Assembly: GCA_965541585.1 (NCBI GenBank)
Contig: CBEUCH010000004.1
Location: 96,001-160,000 of the forward strand
Reading direction: 5' to 3'
Source: an uncultured bacterium
GTDB lineage: Bacteria; Zixibacteria; MSB-5A5; UBA10806
DNA length: 64,000 nucleotides
Shown here: in pieces, positions 63,474-64,000 of the stretch
How the letters are laid out: every line of letters starts with the position of its first letter
Numbering within the stretch: position 1 is the stretch's first letter
The notes under the pieces: generated by a model
Databases searched by the model: none
Seen by the model: the letters and a program-made list of their open reading frames with translations, nothing else
What the model was told of the DNA's origin: nothing
Made by a program: the position numbers and the translations under genes

Positions 63474-64000
63474 ATGAGAGAAATAACGCTTGAGGCCCGC
63501 ACCCGGAAAGACGCCGGCAAGGGTGTGGCCAGGAAGTTGAGGGCTGCCGGGAAAATTCCAGCTGTCGTTTATGGCAAAGGTGAGGAGCCGGTTGTAATCG
63601 AACTGGAATATGAGAATTTTCATAATGCCATGAGGGAGGCATCGGGTGAAAACCTCCTGATCAATCTGAATATCGACGGGGCTGCCGCCAAAAAGAAGGC
63701 GCTTATCAAGGACGTGCAGAGAGATCCCGTTGACGGCAATCTGCTGCATATCGATTTTATGCATATCTCCATGACGGAGAAAATCAAAGTCGAGGTGCCG
63801 ATCGTTCTGGAGGGGACCCCCATCGGCGTTAAGGATTTCGGCGGCATCATTTCATGGGTTATCCGGCACGTGGAGATCTCCTGCCTGCCAACCGATATAC
63901 CGGATAAGATCACATTCGATGTCTCAGAGATGAAGATTCATGATTCGATCCATATCAAGGATTTCCAGCTTGACAACGTAGAGATTTCAGAGAATCCCGA
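63474..64000 (+). CDS. rplY: 50S ribosomal protein L25/Ctc (3' end is outside the window)
   Basis: MREITLEARTRKDAGKGVARKLRAAGKIPAVVYG...KDVQRDPV...HIDF...G.P.GVK..GG; follows prs. Confidence 0.93.
   Translation, partial: MREITLEARTRKDAGKGVARKLRAAGKIPAVVYGKGEEPVVIELEYENFHNAMREASGENLLINLNIDGAAAKKKALIKDVQRDPVDGNLLHIDFMHISMTEKIKVEVPIVLEGTPIGVKDFGGIISWVIRHVEISCLPTDIPDKITFDVSEMKIHDSIHIKDFQLDNVEISENP

Overview
A gene-dense bacterial chromosomal window of roughly 50% GC, probably from an anaerobic diderm (it has lipoproteins, Omp85 and FlgD-type exported proteins). Lineage cannot be fixed from sequence alone. 1-7.2 kb is an HdrA/MvhD/HdrD-type redox operon. Both HdrA paralogues carry an in-frame UGA at the second Cys of the PTxDCSx(C/U)ILxP motif, each followed at identical spacing by a GGUC-loop hairpin with a compensatory base-pair change, which points to selenocysteine recoding. 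An unannotated 49-aa CxxC..CPxC protein closes the operon. Downstream are a beta-CASP nuclease, an HMA lipoprotein with an outer-membrane partner, a ThDP decarboxylase plus semialdehyde dehydrogenase pair (similar to the OgdA/SsaD TCA bypass) and an AT-rich single-chain restriction-modification enzyme. Also present are CobB, clusters of GTAG-type REP-like and nested palindromic repeats, and two sigma54-type promoters. Core genes are tsaD, panBC, a folB-folK fusion, acpS, gmd/rmd, dciA-gyrB (no gyrA), cinA (apparent ACG start), pgpA, pgsA, a UvrD-nuclease fusion, pyrE, nfo and tRNA-Gln-prs-rplY. No CRISPR array, rRNA or transposase was seen.
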